DNA from: an uncultured Candidatus Saccharibacteria bacterium
GTDB lineage: Bacteria; Patescibacteriota; Minisyncoccia; Phycocordibacterales; UBA918
Reading direction: 5' to 3'
Assembly (NCBI GenBank): GCA_964425625.1
Contig: CAYRMI010000004.1
Location: 5,444-69,443, forward strand
DNA length: 64,000 nt
The translations under genes were made by a program, and so were the position numbers. The notes beneath the pieces are model-generated. The model was given only the letters and a program-made list of their open reading frames with translations, had not been told where the DNA came from and did no database searches. This document shows positions 1-10,441 of this stretch, piece after piece. Every line of letters starts with the position of its first letter. Within the stretch, counting starts at the first letter, position 1.

Positions 1-1107
1 GAGCTGGGACAGAGCAATCACTGGTACTTCCAAATCACGCGCCAGAATTTTTAACGAACGAGAGATTTCGGTGACTTGTTGCACCATGGAATCGCTAGCT
101 TTGGTCGCGGTGGGGGACATCAGCTGAAGGTAGTCGACAATTAGTAAGTTGAGGCCGTGTTCATTCTTAAGGCGACGGGCGGCGGAGCGCATTTTTAAGA
201 TATTATTACCAGCTTGGTCATCAATATGGATTTGGGCATTCGATAGTCTGGCCATGGCTTCTTGGACAGCAGTGAATTCCTGGTCGTTACTGAGGCGTCC
301 GGTGCGAAGCTTCCAAGAGTCCACTCCTGCCTCCGCGGCTAGCATACGATCAACCAACTGCTGGTCACTCATTTCCAAGGAAAAGATACCGACTGAGGCA
401 CCGAACTTGAGAGCGGCGTTGCGGGCGACATCGAGCGCAAAGGTTGTCTTACCCATAGACGGGCGAGCCGCTAGGATGATAAGGTCAGACTTCTGAAAAC
501 CAGCCAACAGGTTATCGAGCGCCGTAAAGCCTGATTGTACTCCGCGCTTTTCATCTTGGTTGGCGTTTAGGTACTCAAAGCGCTCCCAGGCTTCGGTGAG
601 TGAACTACCGATGGTCTTAAACTTCTGCGCACTTGGCGATTGTGTAGCGTGAAAGATTTTTTTCTCCGCTTGATCCAGTGCTTCGTCGACACTTTCTGGA
701 TCAGAGTAACCAATCTCGGCTACCTCTTCGGCGGCGTAGATGAGGTTGCGCAGGGCTGACTTACCGGAGACCAGCTCGGCGTAGTAGTGGGCATTGCCCG
801 CAGCTGGGACAGTCTCAATCAGCTCAGTAACGTAAGTGGCGCCACCGACGCGATCGAGACTATTGTTGCCTCGAAGTTTTGATACTAAAGTGACGACGTC
901 AACCGGATCGCCTTTGGAAAATATCTGGATGATAGATTCGTAGATGAGACGGTGTTTTTCGGCATAAAAACTTTCTGGATAGACAGTCGAAGCGATATCG
1001 TGAAGCACATCAGGCTTTAATATGATGGCTCCGAGCAGAGCCTTCTCAGCATCAATATTACGCGGGGGAGTGCGCAGGGAACGATTGACCGATGGTTGTT
1101 CTGACAT
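1..1107 (-). CDS. dnaB: Replicative DNA helicase DnaB (3' end outside window)
   Basis: Manual translation from ATG at 1107: MSEQPSVNRSLRTPPRNIDAEKALLGA...; Walker A region AARPSMGKT; ends at window edge with EVPVIALSQL. Not in ORF track because it runs off the window. Confidence 0.95.
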   Translation of the reverse strand, partial: MSEQPSVNRSLRTPPRNIDAEKALLGAIILKPDVLHDIASTVYPESFYAEKHRLIYESIIQIFSKGDPVDVVTLVSKLRGNNSLDRVGGATYVTELIETVPAAGNAHYYAELVSGKSALRNLIYAAEEVAEIGYSDPESVDEALDQAEKKIFHATQSPSAQKFKTIGSSLTEAWERFEYLNANQDEKRGVQSGFTALDNLLAGFQKSDLIILAARPSMGKTTFALDVARNAALKFGASVGIFSLEMSDQQLVDRMLAAEAGVDSWKLRTGRLSNDQEFTAVQEAMARLSNAQIHIDDQAGNNILKMRSAARRLKNEHGLNLLIVDYLQLMSPTATKASDSMVQQVTEISRSLKILARDLEVPVIALSQL

Positions 1108-1186
1108 GGTAAAAGGGATTGTATCACGCTTTCGCTATTGACTACTTTTGCACAGAGCTGTGCATTGTGTGTACAACTTAGAGTGG

Positions 1187-2638
1187 TTACTCGACCTTGG
1201 TAATTTTGGGACCGTGAGGGGTGTCTTCTACAGCGTAACCTTTGAGGTTGAGTGCTTGTCTAATATTATCAGCTTCGGGCCAATTGCGCGTAATGCGAGC
1301 TACTTCACGAAGTTCTACTAGTTTTTGAATTTCTTCTGGTATAGCAGATTTTTCTAAGACACCAAGAGTCTTCATGCCTTCAGCTAAGTCAGCTCTGAGG
1401 CCAACATCAAGAATACTGTCCATAACATGAATCGTGGCGCACTTGGTGGGATTGTCTAGGGTGGTGTCTTTGGTCACTTGCCAGAGTAGGGCAATGGCAC
1501 CAGGAGTATCGAGGTCGTTGGCGATGAGGGTACGGAACTGTGCTACGTATTCTTGGTCGGGAGAGCCAGCCTTTTGTTTGTAATCCTCGTACATATAGCG
1601 TCTAAGGCGAAAAAGCGCTTGTTTGGCAGAACTAAGGGCTTCAAAAGTGAAATTGATGGGGGAGCGATAGTGGGCAGTCAAAAGCCAGTAGCGATAGTCT
1701 TCGGCCGAAAAACCACGGTCTATCAAGTGGCGAAGGTTGATAGTGTTGCCTAGAGATTTACTGATTTTGGTGTTATCAATCGTGATGAAGGCGTTATGCA
1801 GCCAATACTTCACAAAAGTCTTACCGGTCGCACATTCGGATTGGGCAATTTCGGCGTTGTGATGCACTGGTATATGATCGATGCCACCAGTATGAATATC
1901 AATTGATTTACCTAAAGTAGCCATCGCCATAGCAGAACATTCAATATGCCAACCTGGAAAACCTTTGCCCCATCGACTATCCCAACCCAAAATACCTTTT
2001 TTCCAAACCGCAAAATCGGCTGGATGATGCTTTTCTTGATTTACTTCCACGCGAGCGCCACTTTTTAGTTTTTCTAGGTCGATATGCCCAAGTCGACCGT
2101 AGGCTGGATATTTTTCGATATCAAAATAAACCCCGTCACTGGTTTCGTAGGTGTAGCCTTTGCCTTCTAGGGTTTCAATCAGGCTAATCTGGGCCTTGAT
2201 GTATTCGCTGGCGCGTGACCAGGTGGTCGGCGGTAGAATATGAAGAGCATCACAGTCATCATAAAAAGCATGAATGTAACGGTTTGATAGATCACGCATG
2301 GCCGAGAGAGTAACCGGTAAGCCTTCGCGCTTTAGTCCCTTCATCATTTTGTCTTCACCAGCATCACCATCATCAGTCAGGTGGCCAAAATCAGTTAGGT
2401 TGATAGTATGTTTAACCTCATAACCGTGAAAGATTAAAGTCCTTTTGACCATATCGGCAAAGACAAATGAGCGCAGATTACCAATATGAGCATAATCATA
2501 AACTGTTGGTCCACAGGTATACATAAGCACCTGGGAAGGGTTTAGGGGTGAGAATTTTTCCAATTTTTCCGACTCAGTATTGTACAAATAAACCGGGTCC
2601 ATTTCTGGGAGGGTTGATTTGGTTTTAAAAAAGTCCAT
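1187..2638 (-). CDS. cysS: Cysteine--tRNA ligase
   Basis: MYTCGPTVYDYAHIGN (HIGH-like), PGWHIECSAM, KISKS motifs; start uncertain (ORF track extends to 2671). Confidence 0.96.
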   Translation of the reverse strand: MDFFKTKSTLPEMDPVYLYNTESEKLEKFSPLNPSQVLMYTCGPTVYDYAHIGNLRSFVFADMVKRTLIFHGYEVKHTINLTDFGHLTDDGDAGEDKMMKGLKREGLPVTLSAMRDLSNRYIHAFYDDCDALHILPPTTWSRASEYIKAQISLIETLEGKGYTYETSDGVYFDIEKYPAYGRLGHIDLEKLKSGARVEVNQEKHHPADFAVWKKGILGWDSRWGKGFPGWHIECSAMAMATLGKSIDIHTGGIDHIPVHHNAEIAQSECATGKTFVKYWLHNAFITIDNTKISKSLGNTINLRHLIDRGFSAEDYRYWLLTAHYRSPINFTFEALSSAKQALFRLRRYMYEDYKQKAGSPDQEYVAQFRTLIANDLDTPGAIALLWQVTKDTTLDNPTKCATIHVMDSILDVGLRADLAEGMKTLGVLEKSAIPEEIQKLVELREVARITRNWPEADNIRQALNLKGYAVEDTPHGPKITKVE

Positions 2639-2733
2639 AAACATTGAAACAGTGTAACAAAACAATGCCAAAACTTACAGTACCCAGAAGGGCTTTGGTC
2701 ATCTTTATGGTTTGTGCGATAATGCAGGGTAAT

Positions 2734-4044
2734 ATGGATAATGAACAAATAGAGTCAGTAGAGAATTTAACGGAAGGAGAGCCCAAACGAACAAGTGTGT
2801 TGGGAGTAACTCTGGCTTTATTATTAGCTATTGGAGCTTTTTTTTCTGGTCTACAGGTTAATGCCTTAACCAGCAACCAAGATCATCAGGTAGCCAATAT
2901 TTTTTCTATCTTCGCCAGGGAAGATAATGCGATGACGTTGTCGCCAGCCGATCAGCCGGACCTTAGCGAATTTTGGCATATCTGGCAGCTCCTTGATGAG
3001 CGCTTTATTGCTGCTAGTTCAACTCAAGTAATAACCACTGAAGAAAAAATTTATGGTGCAATTCAGGGACTGGTTGGAGCTTATGGCGATCCTTATACTG
3101 TCTTCTTGCCACCGGCTGAGAGTGAAGCTTTTGCCGAAGATATTTCTGGTAATTTTAGTGGCATTGGAATGGAGGTGGGTAATCGTGATGGGGTAATCAC
3201 CGTAATCGCCCCATTGGTGGATACTCCAGCCGAAAAAGCTGGTTTACTATCTGGTGATTTAATTATCCGCATTGATGATGTGAGTACTGAGGGAATGACT
3301 ATCGATGAAGCGGTTAAGAAAATTAGAGGAGAAAAGGGAACGGTGGTTAATTTATCCATTTTCCGTGAAGGTGAACTAGAGATTAGAGAATTCGCCGTCA
3401 CGCGCGACAACATCACTATCCCGACGGTAAAAACGAAACAAGAAGGAGACGTGTTTATCATTAGTCTTTATAGTTTCAATGCCGTAGCAGAAATAAAGAT
3501 GCAAGAAGCGATGCGTGAGTACGTCAAAAGTGATGCTACCAAGATGATACTAGACTTACGTGGTAACCCCGGAGGCTACCTACAGAGTGCGGTTGCTATT
3601 GCCAGTTTCTTTCTACCCACCGGTAAGGTGGTAGTCAAAGAAAATCATGGTGACGTTATAAACGACAAACTGTATCGTAGCCAGGGTAAGACTTTGGATA
3701 AGAGGGCGCCAGAAAAGATGGTAGTTCTGATAGATGGTGGATCAGCCTCAGCTTCAGAGATTTTGGCTGGAGCACTGAGTGAACATGGCTACGCGACACT
3801 TATCGGTGAGAGTACTTTTGGTAAAGGTTCAGTCCAAGAACTAATCAACAATGACGATGGTTCTGCCTTAAAAGTTACCGTCGCACGTTGGTTGACCCCT
3901 AATGGACTCTCCATTTCTGATGGTGGATTAAAGCCAGATATTAAAATTAAGCGCACCGCCGAAGATAGAATAAGTGAACTCGATCCACAACTGACAGCCG
4001 GACTAGATTTCTTGGCCGGTAAAGAGGTGGTGAGTCAAGAATAA
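2734..4044 (+). CDS. S41 family carboxy-terminal processing protease (PDZ + peptidase S41)
   Basis: GIGMEV PDZ motif, LDLRGNPGG, SASASEI, TFGKGSVQ; N-terminal TM segment; start placed at ATG 2734. Confidence 0.93.
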   Translation: MDNEQIESVENLTEGEPKRTSVLGVTLALLLAIGAFFSGLQVNALTSNQDHQVANIFSIFAREDNAMTLSPADQPDLSEFWHIWQLLDERFIAASSTQVITTEEKIYGAIQGLVGAYGDPYTVFLPPAESEAFAEDISGNFSGIGMEVGNRDGVITVIAPLVDTPAEKAGLLSGDLIIRIDDVSTEGMTIDEAVKKIRGEKGTVVNLSIFREGELEIREFAVTRDNITIPTVKTKQEGDVFIISLYSFNAVAEIKMQEAMREYVKSDATKMILDLRGNPGGYLQSAVAIASFFLPTGKVVVKENHGDVINDKLYRSQGKTLDKRAPEKMVVLIDGGSASASEILAGALSEHGYATLIGESTFGKGSVQELINNDDGSALKVTVARWLTPNGLSISDGGLKPDIKIKRTAEDRISELDPQLTAGLDFLAGKEVVSQE

Positions 4045-4123
4045 TCCGCGATTGGAAGGGAAGGCAAAATTTTGCTATGATGCTTTGGTTATACAGTTAG
4101 CCGTTATTGTAAGTGCATTAGAT

Positions 4124-4570
4124 ATGAAAGTTATATTACTCCGTGACGTGGCTAAGATTGGTCGCCGGTTTGAGATAAAGGAAGTGCCAGACGGGTTTGC
4201 TTTAAATAAGTTGATTCCGCAAAAGTATGCTGAAGCAGCTACCCCGGCCAATGTAAAACGAATAATGGAGAAAAATAAGAACGATGTTCGTCATACTAGC
4301 CTAAAGAAGGAGACAGCCGAAGCCATTGCGCAGGCCTGCGCCCTTAAGCCACTGATCATCTCGATGGAAGCTAATGACCAGGGGCATTTATTTCAGAGCG
4401 TTCACGCCAGTGATGTTGTGAAGTCAGCTCTGGCAGTTGGGCTTAGTATCGATCCGGTTAGTCTAAAATTTGCCGAACCAATCAAATCTCTTGGAGATCA
4501 TAGTGTCTCACTAGTGGTTGGTGCTGAGAATCACACCCTAGCAATTAGTGTGGTAGCAAAAGATAAGTAA
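4124..4570 (+). CDS. rplI: 50S ribosomal protein L9
   Basis: MKVILLRDVAKIG...EVPDGFALNKLIP N-terminal L9 signature; GHLFQSV, PIKSLGDH. Confidence 0.93.
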   Translation: MKVILLRDVAKIGRRFEIKEVPDGFALNKLIPQKYAEAATPANVKRIMEKNKNDVRHTSLKKETAEAIAQACALKPLIISMEANDQGHLFQSVHASDVVKSALAVGLSIDPVSLKFAEPIKSLGDHSVSLVVGAENHTLAISVVAKDK

Positions 4571-4578
4571 TAATTTAT

Positions 4579-5292
4579 ATGATAAACAAAAGCAATATTA
4601 TAATGGTGGGGGTAGTGGTTGTCTTATCGGGTGCCTTGGTGGCTTTAATGGCTTACTGGCTTGGCCCAGATAATGTTTCTAGCCAAAAGGCAAGTCTCAG
4701 TGATTCCAATAACCAAAACGAAATTACTGCACCATTAAACGCCGAACAATTAGCCGCCTATCAAGTAGATATGACAAATGAAAACAACCCAGTAGCCACT
4801 TTGGTTACTAATCAGGGAACAATCGAACTAGAGCTATTTGCTGATACAATGCCTATCACTGCTGGTAACTTTATCAAACTAGCCAAGGAAGGATTTTATG
4901 ATGGGGTCAAATTTCATCGTGTAATCGATGGGTTTATGATTCAATCCGGTGATCCTATCACCAAGACCGAAGAATACTTGAGGTACGGTACGGGTGGTCC
5001 GGGTTATGCTATTCCTGATGAGCATGTGGCTGGCGAATACCTCACCAACGTACGAGGAACAATTTCCATGGCCAATAGTGGACCAGAGTCTGGTGGGAGT
5101 CAGTTTTTTATAAACTTAGCTGATAATACCAATCTAGATTTTGATAAAGTGCCACTTACCTCTAAGCATCCAGTTTTTGGTCGGGTAGTTAAAGGTATGG
5201 AAGTGGTAGACGCAATCGCAAAAGTAGAGACTAATGACCGCGATATGCCACTTAATGCAGTAGTGATAGAAAAAGTCTCAATTAACGAATAG
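4579..5292 (+). CDS. Cyclophilin-type peptidyl-prolyl isomerase with N-terminal membrane anchor
   Basis: FHRVIDGFMIQSGDP, SMANSGPESGGSQFFI, HPVFGRV. Confidence 0.95.
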   Translation: MINKSNIIMVGVVVVLSGALVALMAYWLGPDNVSSQKASLSDSNNQNEITAPLNAEQLAAYQVDMTNENNPVATLVTNQGTIELELFADTMPITAGNFIKLAKEGFYDGVKFHRVIDGFMIQSGDPITKTEEYLRYGTGGPGYAIPDEHVAGEYLTNVRGTISMANSGPESGGSQFFINLADNTNLDFDKVPLTSKHPVFGRVVKGMEVVDAIAKVETNDRDMPLNAVVIEKVSINE

Positions 5293-5309
5293 GTACAGCT
5301 GTAAATCAC

Positions 5310-5347
5310 AAAAGACGACGCCGGCCCTAGGGCCGGCGTCGTCTTTT
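5310..5347. terminator. Bidirectional intrinsic terminator
   Basis: Perfect 38-bp palindrome AAAAGACGACGCCGGCCCTAGGGCCGGCGTCGTCTTTT between the convergent PPIase and rpmA genes. Confidence 0.85.
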
Positions 5348-5363
5348 CTTTTGAATAGCTTAC

Positions 5364-5645
5364 TTATACAGTCGCTACTACATCTACTGCTTTTTTGACA
5401 ACGGTATTGCCATTGAAGCGCTTCTTGCGCATGTTGCGAAAAGCAACTACTCCGCTAGTAGCTGCAAAAAGAGTGTGGTCGCTACCAATACTGACACCTT
5501 TTCCGGCTTCAATCTTGGTACCTCGCTGTCGAACAATAATGTCGCCAGTTTGGACTTTTTCACCGGCAGTCTTCTTGATGCCGAGATATTTTGGTTGTGA
5601 GTCGCGCAGGTTTTTAGCTGTTCCTGCGGCCTTTTTGGTTGCCAT
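5364..5645 (-). CDS. rpmA: 50S ribosomal protein L27
   Basis: [41 protein letters not shown]. Confidence 0.96.
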   Translation of the reverse strand: MATKKAAGTAKNLRDSQPKYLGIKKTAGEKVQTGDIIVRQRGTKIEAGKGVSIGSDHTLFAATSGVVAFRNMRKKRFNGNTVVKKAVDVVATV

Positions 5646-5691
5646 ACGATATAATAATTACTATGAATCTAACTGGGCGAGTATACGTCAT

Positions 5692-6078
5692 ATGAAGGAA
5701 AAACTCAAGTCTTTAGTTTTAAATGATCAGTATTTCTATGGCGTTTTAGTGCTATTGGTGGGTATTTGCTCATTCTTTTTGGGACAAAATTCAGTAACTA
5801 ATTCCATGATTGGGCAGTCTTCAGAAGCTTCTGTCGTCAACTATACGACCTCAATCGTAGAGGTAAAAGAAAACGAGACCCAAGTAGCAACCTCAACTGG
5901 GGAGGATAAACTGGGTACTATAGAGCTTGTTGCCTCCAAAAGTGGCACCAAATATCATCTACCGACTTGCCCAGGAGCTGGCCAAATAAAACCAGAAAAT
6001 AGAATTACCTTTAGTTCCTATAGTAAAGCTAGAGCGGCTGGTTATACCCCAGCTGCTAATTGTCCTGGTCTTGAGTAA
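5692..6078 (+). CDS. Membrane-anchored protein with C-terminal Ada-like metal-binding domain
   Basis: TM helix, then VASKSGTKYHLPTCP...A.AAGYTPAANC; start at ATG 5692, since the upstream part of the listed ORF is antisense to rpmA. Confidence 0.75.
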   Translation: MKEKLKSLVLNDQYFYGVLVLLVGICSFFLGQNSVTNSMIGQSSEASVVNYTTSIVEVKENETQVATSTGEDKLGTIELVASKSGTKYHLPTCPGAGQIKPENRITFSSYSKARAAGYTPAANCPGLE

Positions 6079-6095
6079 GGTAGAATGTTATAGAC

Positions 6096-6890
6096 ATGAG
6101 GTATCTTTGGCTTTTTTATCATTCAGCTAACCAATGGTTGGCAAAAGACATGAGTTATTATGCAGCCGCTTTTTCTTATTATGCGCCACTGGCTTTAATA
6201 CCACTTATTTTGTTGTCATTAGTTGTTTCTGGCTTTTTTTATGGTAGTGAGTTTGTGATGAATATTTTCCTTGGTTGGGGGACAGCGCTTGGGCCAGATT
6301 TACTAGCCCTCATCAATGTGGCCGTACAAAACCTAGATATCGAGACAAAAACCTACCGAATACCACTCTTGGCCGTCTTGTTTTTCTCCAGCGTTAGTAT
6401 TTTTTCCTTCAACGTCCTGGGTACTGCTTTCAAGCATATTTGGAATACTCATCAGTTTGGCTTTATCCCTTGGTCGCAACAAACCATCCGGTCCATCGTT
6501 TTCGTACTGATTCTGCAGATTTATTTAATATTTTTAATTGGAGTTGAAGGGTTTTTAACTTTTTTTGGAGTTCGTTCAATAATTCTCTTACCGGAGATAA
6601 TCTGGCTTTTAAGTATTTCATCAATTTTTATCTTTATGTTTAGGTACTTAGCCAAAGCTACACCAAGTTGGCGAGCTTGTATCTTTGGTGGTTTTGTTTC
6701 GGGTCTGCTGGTTGTCTCAACTAGCAATATTGTGACTGTCTATTTAGGTACACAGCCAGTCCTTAGTATTTTTGGTGCGGCTGGGTTGATTCTAATATTA
6801 TTGATTTGGGTGTATGTTTTGGCTTCGATCATTCTCTACGGGGCCACCCTGGCTCATCTCTATGATCGGATGATTAATACTAATATGTAA
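6096..6890 (+). CDS. YihY/virulence factor BrkB family membrane protein
   Basis: AAAFSYYAPLALIPL, FGAAGLILILLIWVY...ILYGA, about 6 TM segments. Confidence 0.85.
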   Translation: MRYLWLFYHSANQWLAKDMSYYAAAFSYYAPLALIPLILLSLVVSGFFYGSEFVMNIFLGWGTALGPDLLALINVAVQNLDIETKTYRIPLLAVLFFSSVSIFSFNVLGTAFKHIWNTHQFGFIPWSQQTIRSIVFVLILQIYLIFLIGVEGFLTFFGVRSIILLPEIIWLLSISSIFIFMFRYLAKATPSWRACIFGGFVSGLLVVSTSNIVTVYLGTQPVLSIFGAAGLILILLIWVYVLASIILYGATLAHLYDRMINTNM

Positions 6891-6895
6891 CTTTT

Positions 6896-7492
6896 ATGAT
6901 TGTTATTGATGTTGAAGCAACTGGTGTGATTTATCAAAAGCACTCAATTCTTTCGATTGGCGCCATTGAGTATGAAAATCCCACCAACCGCTTCTATGGC
7001 GAGTGTCGCATCTGGGAAGGAGCTCATATTATGGAAGAGGCTACGGCTGTTCATGGAATGAGTCAAGAAGAGATGACAGACCCAAGTAAGTCGACCGAGG
7101 CTGAGTTGGTACAGTCTTTTATGGAGTGGTCGCAACATATGGCTGATCGAACCCTGGTCGGGCAAAACGTGTCTTTTGACCGCGACATGGTCAAAGCGGC
7201 CTGCGAGCGAGCTGGTATTCCCTGGGATTTAGCTCATCGCACTATCGACACCCATACTTTGTGCTGGATGCATATGGTAAAAAGGGGACTAACTCCACCC
7301 CTAGATGAACAACATCGTCGCAGTGCTCTTAACTTGGACGTTGTTTTAAACTACTGTGGTATCCCGAGTGAGCCAGAACCACACAATGCATTGACCGGAG
7401 CCATGTGTCACGCAGAAGTTACTTCACGGTTGCTACACGACCGGATGCTTCTCCCCGAGTTTTCACAATTTTCTATACCTTGGCAGGTCTAG
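6896..7492 (+). CDS. DEDDh 3'-5' exonuclease
   Basis: VIDVEATG, GQNVSFD, IDT, HNALTGA motifs. Confidence 0.88.
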   Translation: MIVIDVEATGVIYQKHSILSIGAIEYENPTNRFYGECRIWEGAHIMEEATAVHGMSQEEMTDPSKSTEAELVQSFMEWSQHMADRTLVGQNVSFDRDMVKAACERAGIPWDLAHRTIDTHTLCWMHMVKRGLTPPLDEQHRRSALNLDVVLNYCGIPSEPEPHNALTGAMCHAEVTSRLLHDRMLLPEFSQFSIPWQV

Positions 7493-7512
7493 AATGTTAC
7501 AATGAGTAAAGT

Positions 7513-8250
7513 ATGGTAAAGAAAATATTTGGACTGAGTAAGAATAAGATTAAAGAAGACCCACATTGTCGAGTGGTGACCGAATTACTAGACCCCGGTG
7601 GTCAGGACGGAGCCATTCAATCGTGGCGAGTTTTTCGCATTATGTCGGAGTTTGTGCAAGGCTTTGAGCTTTTGCGCAACTATGGCTTGGCTGCTACTTT
7701 TTGGGGTAGCGCTCGTCTACAACCAAACGACCCATATTATAAAGCAGCTGAGGAACTAGCAGCTAAGCTGGCCAAGAAGGGTTATGCCATTATTTCCGGT
7801 GGTGGCCCAGGTATTATGGAAGCCTCAAATGTCGGCGCCTTTAAGGTTGGCGGTAAGTCGATTGGGCTAAATATAGAACTACCATTTGAACAGAAATTAA
7901 ATCCTTACACTACCGAATCTCTAACTTTCAAGTATTTTTTCTCGCGTAAAGTAATGTTGACCTTCTCCTCAGAAGTTTACATTTATTTCCCTGGTGGCTA
8001 TGGCACTTTAGATGAATTCTTTGAAATTATTACTTTAATTCAGACCAAAAAAATTGAACGAGTACCAATTGTGCTTTATGGTTCTGATTTTTGGGAACCA
8101 TTATTGCGTTGGTTTGAAAAGGATTTGCTAAAGAAATTCAAGACAATAAACAAAGAAGATTTAGATCTTTTTGTGGTGGTGGATAGTGTAGACGATGCTT
8201 ACAAGTACATTCTTAAGAATGTTGATGGTAAAAACGTAAGACAGGTATAA
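7513..8250 (+). CDS. LOG family (TIGR00730-type) Rossmann-fold protein
   Basis: FWGSAR, SGGGPGIMEA, PGGYGTLDE. Confidence 0.93.
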   Translation: MVKKIFGLSKNKIKEDPHCRVVTELLDPGGQDGAIQSWRVFRIMSEFVQGFELLRNYGLAATFWGSARLQPNDPYYKAAEELAAKLAKKGYAIISGGGPGIMEASNVGAFKVGGKSIGLNIELPFEQKLNPYTTESLTFKYFFSRKVMLTFSSEVYIYFPGGYGTLDEFFEIITLIQTKKIERVPIVLYGSDFWEPLLRWFEKDLLKKFKTINKEDLDLFVVVDSVDDAYKYILKNVDGKNVRQV

Positions 8251-8251
8251 C

Positions 8252-9508
8252 ATGAATATTTCCTATTTTGATGACGCCCGGGTGACAGACAATCTACTTA
8301 TCAAAAAGCAGAAGCAATTAGACGTGTATCGACAAACTATTTCGCAAGCTGAAGCTGAAAACAACATAACAGTACCTGAAGCTTCGCTTTACTACCCCAA
8401 AGATATTGCTTTACATGAACAGCTGGCAGAAATGCAAAAGAAAGCTAAGTTGATAAAGCATGTAGTACTAATTGGTATTGGCGGATCAAGTCTTGGTACT
8501 GAAGCTGTCCATGCTGTGCTTGATACGGGTCGGGTGGAGCTATCAGTACTTGATACTGTCTCGGTTAGTAAGCTTCATGAAGTCAAGACCACGCTGGCCA
8601 AGTACAAAAAAGCATCACAACTAGCCATTTGTATAGTCAGCAAATCAGGCAGTACCACCGAGACCCTCACTAATGCCTCAGTTTTACTGGCTGATCTAGA
8701 AGCAAAGTTTGGGTCAGCTATCTACGGACAAGTTTATTTTATCGGCAATCCTGGTACAGATTTTATGCGTCTAGGAAAGAAGCTAGGAGCCACCTGTGTA
8801 ACGATGCCGGAGATAATTGGTGGACGTTTTTCAGTGGCTACCGCCGTTGGTCTAGTGCCACTAACACTGCTTGGTCATGATGTTGATGAGTTTATCTCTG
8901 GCTACCTCGATGTGCTCACTTCTACTCTCGAAACAGTAGTCAGCGAAAGCTCGGCGCGTTTGGCTACCTATCACCAACTTAAATTCTCACACTATAACTT
9001 CTTTGCGTTTGAAACTCGCTTAGAGAAGCTGGGCCAATGGTACAGGCAGTTGTTTGCTGAGAGTTTAGGTAAAGAAACGACTATCTCCGGTCTGGCAGTC
9101 AAGAATGTGATGGTGCCAGCGATTATGACACCAGTTGAGCTTCACTCGGTTGGACAGCTCTATATGAGTGGTGTCCCTGATGTCTATACTGACTTTGTTA
9201 GCTTCGATGATGAAACGCTTGATGTCATGATACCTAAGCAGACAAAAATCGCCAAACAACTGAAGGGCTACTCACTGCAAGAAGTTGCGACCGCTCTTTA
9301 TGGTGGAGTAATTGCTGCTTACCAAGAAAGACAATTACCATACCGAGCCACTGTATTTGAAGATAATCTAGCCTACTCTATTGGTCAGTTTATGGCCATG
9401 CGTCTGCGAGAAGTCATGTATACCGCTAAGTTGCTCGACGTCAATGCCTTCGATCAACCAAACGTTGAACTGTATAAACAGAAAACTCGCGAGATTCTCT
9501 TTTTATGA
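8252..9508 (+). CDS. pgi: Glucose-6-phosphate isomerase
   Basis: IGIGGSSLG, SKSGSTTET, GGRFSV, QLFAESLGK, NAFDQPNVELYK. Confidence 0.9.
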   Translation: MNISYFDDARVTDNLLIKKQKQLDVYRQTISQAEAENNITVPEASLYYPKDIALHEQLAEMQKKAKLIKHVVLIGIGGSSLGTEAVHAVLDTGRVELSVLDTVSVSKLHEVKTTLAKYKKASQLAICIVSKSGSTTETLTNASVLLADLEAKFGSAIYGQVYFIGNPGTDFMRLGKKLGATCVTMPEIIGGRFSVATAVGLVPLTLLGHDVDEFISGYLDVLTSTLETVVSESSARLATYHQLKFSHYNFFAFETRLEKLGQWYRQLFAESLGKETTISGLAVKNVMVPAIMTPVELHSVGQLYMSGVPDVYTDFVSFDDETLDVMIPKQTKIAKQLKGYSLQEVATALYGGVIAAYQERQLPYRATVFEDNLAYSIGQFMAMRLREVMYTAKLLDVNAFDQPNVELYKQKTREILFL

Positions 9509-10356
9509 CCTACATCCTCTTTGATATTGGTGGGACAAAGACACGAGTCGCTGTCACTGATGATCTACAAACTTTACGATCTAGTGTCGATTTTAAAACC
9601 AAATCAAATTTTAAGGAAGAAGTAGATCTAATCTGCAAATCAATCGACGGTCTGGTTAAAAAGCAAGACATCAAAGCCATGGCTGGAGGAGTTCGGGGAC
9701 TATTAAACGAAGAAAAGACTGGCATTCATAACGATACTGTCCTAAAAGGTTGGGCTGGTAAATCTCTGGTCGGTGCTTTGTCTGATCGCTACCAGGTTCC
9801 TGTCTATCTAGAAAACGACACCGCTTTAGCTGGTCTCGGGGAAGCAGTGTATGGCGCTGGGCAGGGACTGGATATTATTGCTTATCATTCGATTAGTACT
9901 GGAGTAGGAGGTGTCAAGATAGAAAAGGGAAAGCTCGATGAAGCCACTAGCGGTTTTGAGCCAGGACATCAGGTGCTTGATATTGACCGCACAATTTTGG
10001 GCGAAGATATATCGCCGACTTTAGAAAACTTGGTATCGGGCGCCGGTGTAGAAGCACGAGTGGGTAGTAAGCCATTTGAAATTCCCCAAGAGGATACGAT
10101 TTGGGATGAGTTGGCCGAATATCTGGCTCAGGGTTTGCGAAATACGATTTTGTATTGGTCGCCAGAGGTGATTGTACTTGGAGGGTCAATGATGGTGGGC
10201 GAGCCGAAGATTCCGGTGGAGGCCGTGCGCAAGTACACGGTGGAAGTGCTAGATGGTTTTGTGGATTGTCCGTTCATCACTCTTTCTGCACTTAAGGATG
10301 AAGCCGGCCTCTATGGGGCGATGGCCTATCTCAAAGAAAAAATGGTAAAGTCATAG
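9505..10356 (+). CDS. ROK family sugar kinase (glucokinase-like)
   Basis: FDIGGTK, ENDTALAGLGE, STGVGG, EPGH; overlaps pgi stop (ATGA). Confidence 0.9.
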   Translation: MTYILFDIGGTKTRVAVTDDLQTLRSSVDFKTKSNFKEEVDLICKSIDGLVKKQDIKAMAGGVRGLLNEEKTGIHNDTVLKGWAGKSLVGALSDRYQVPVYLENDTALAGLGEAVYGAGQGLDIIAYHSISTGVGGVKIEKGKLDEATSGFEPGHQVLDIDRTILGEDISPTLENLVSGAGVEARVGSKPFEIPQEDTIWDELAEYLAQGLRNTILYWSPEVIVLGGSMMVGEPKIPVEAVRKYTVEVLDGFVDCPFITLSALKDEAGLYGAMAYLKEKMVKS

Positions 10357-10441
10357 CTATTTACATTTAAGCTAATCAATGTTTTAATCTAGCCAGTCCG
10401 CACTATGTTATGTGCGCGTTTTTCGATAGAAAGGAAATATC

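Noticed and set aside
149-496. 115-aa + strand ORF in the track
   Set aside because: Antisense shadow of dnaB.
5395-5691. N-terminal extension of the 227-aa ORF
   Set aside because: Antisense to rpmA; the real gene most likely starts at ATG 5692.
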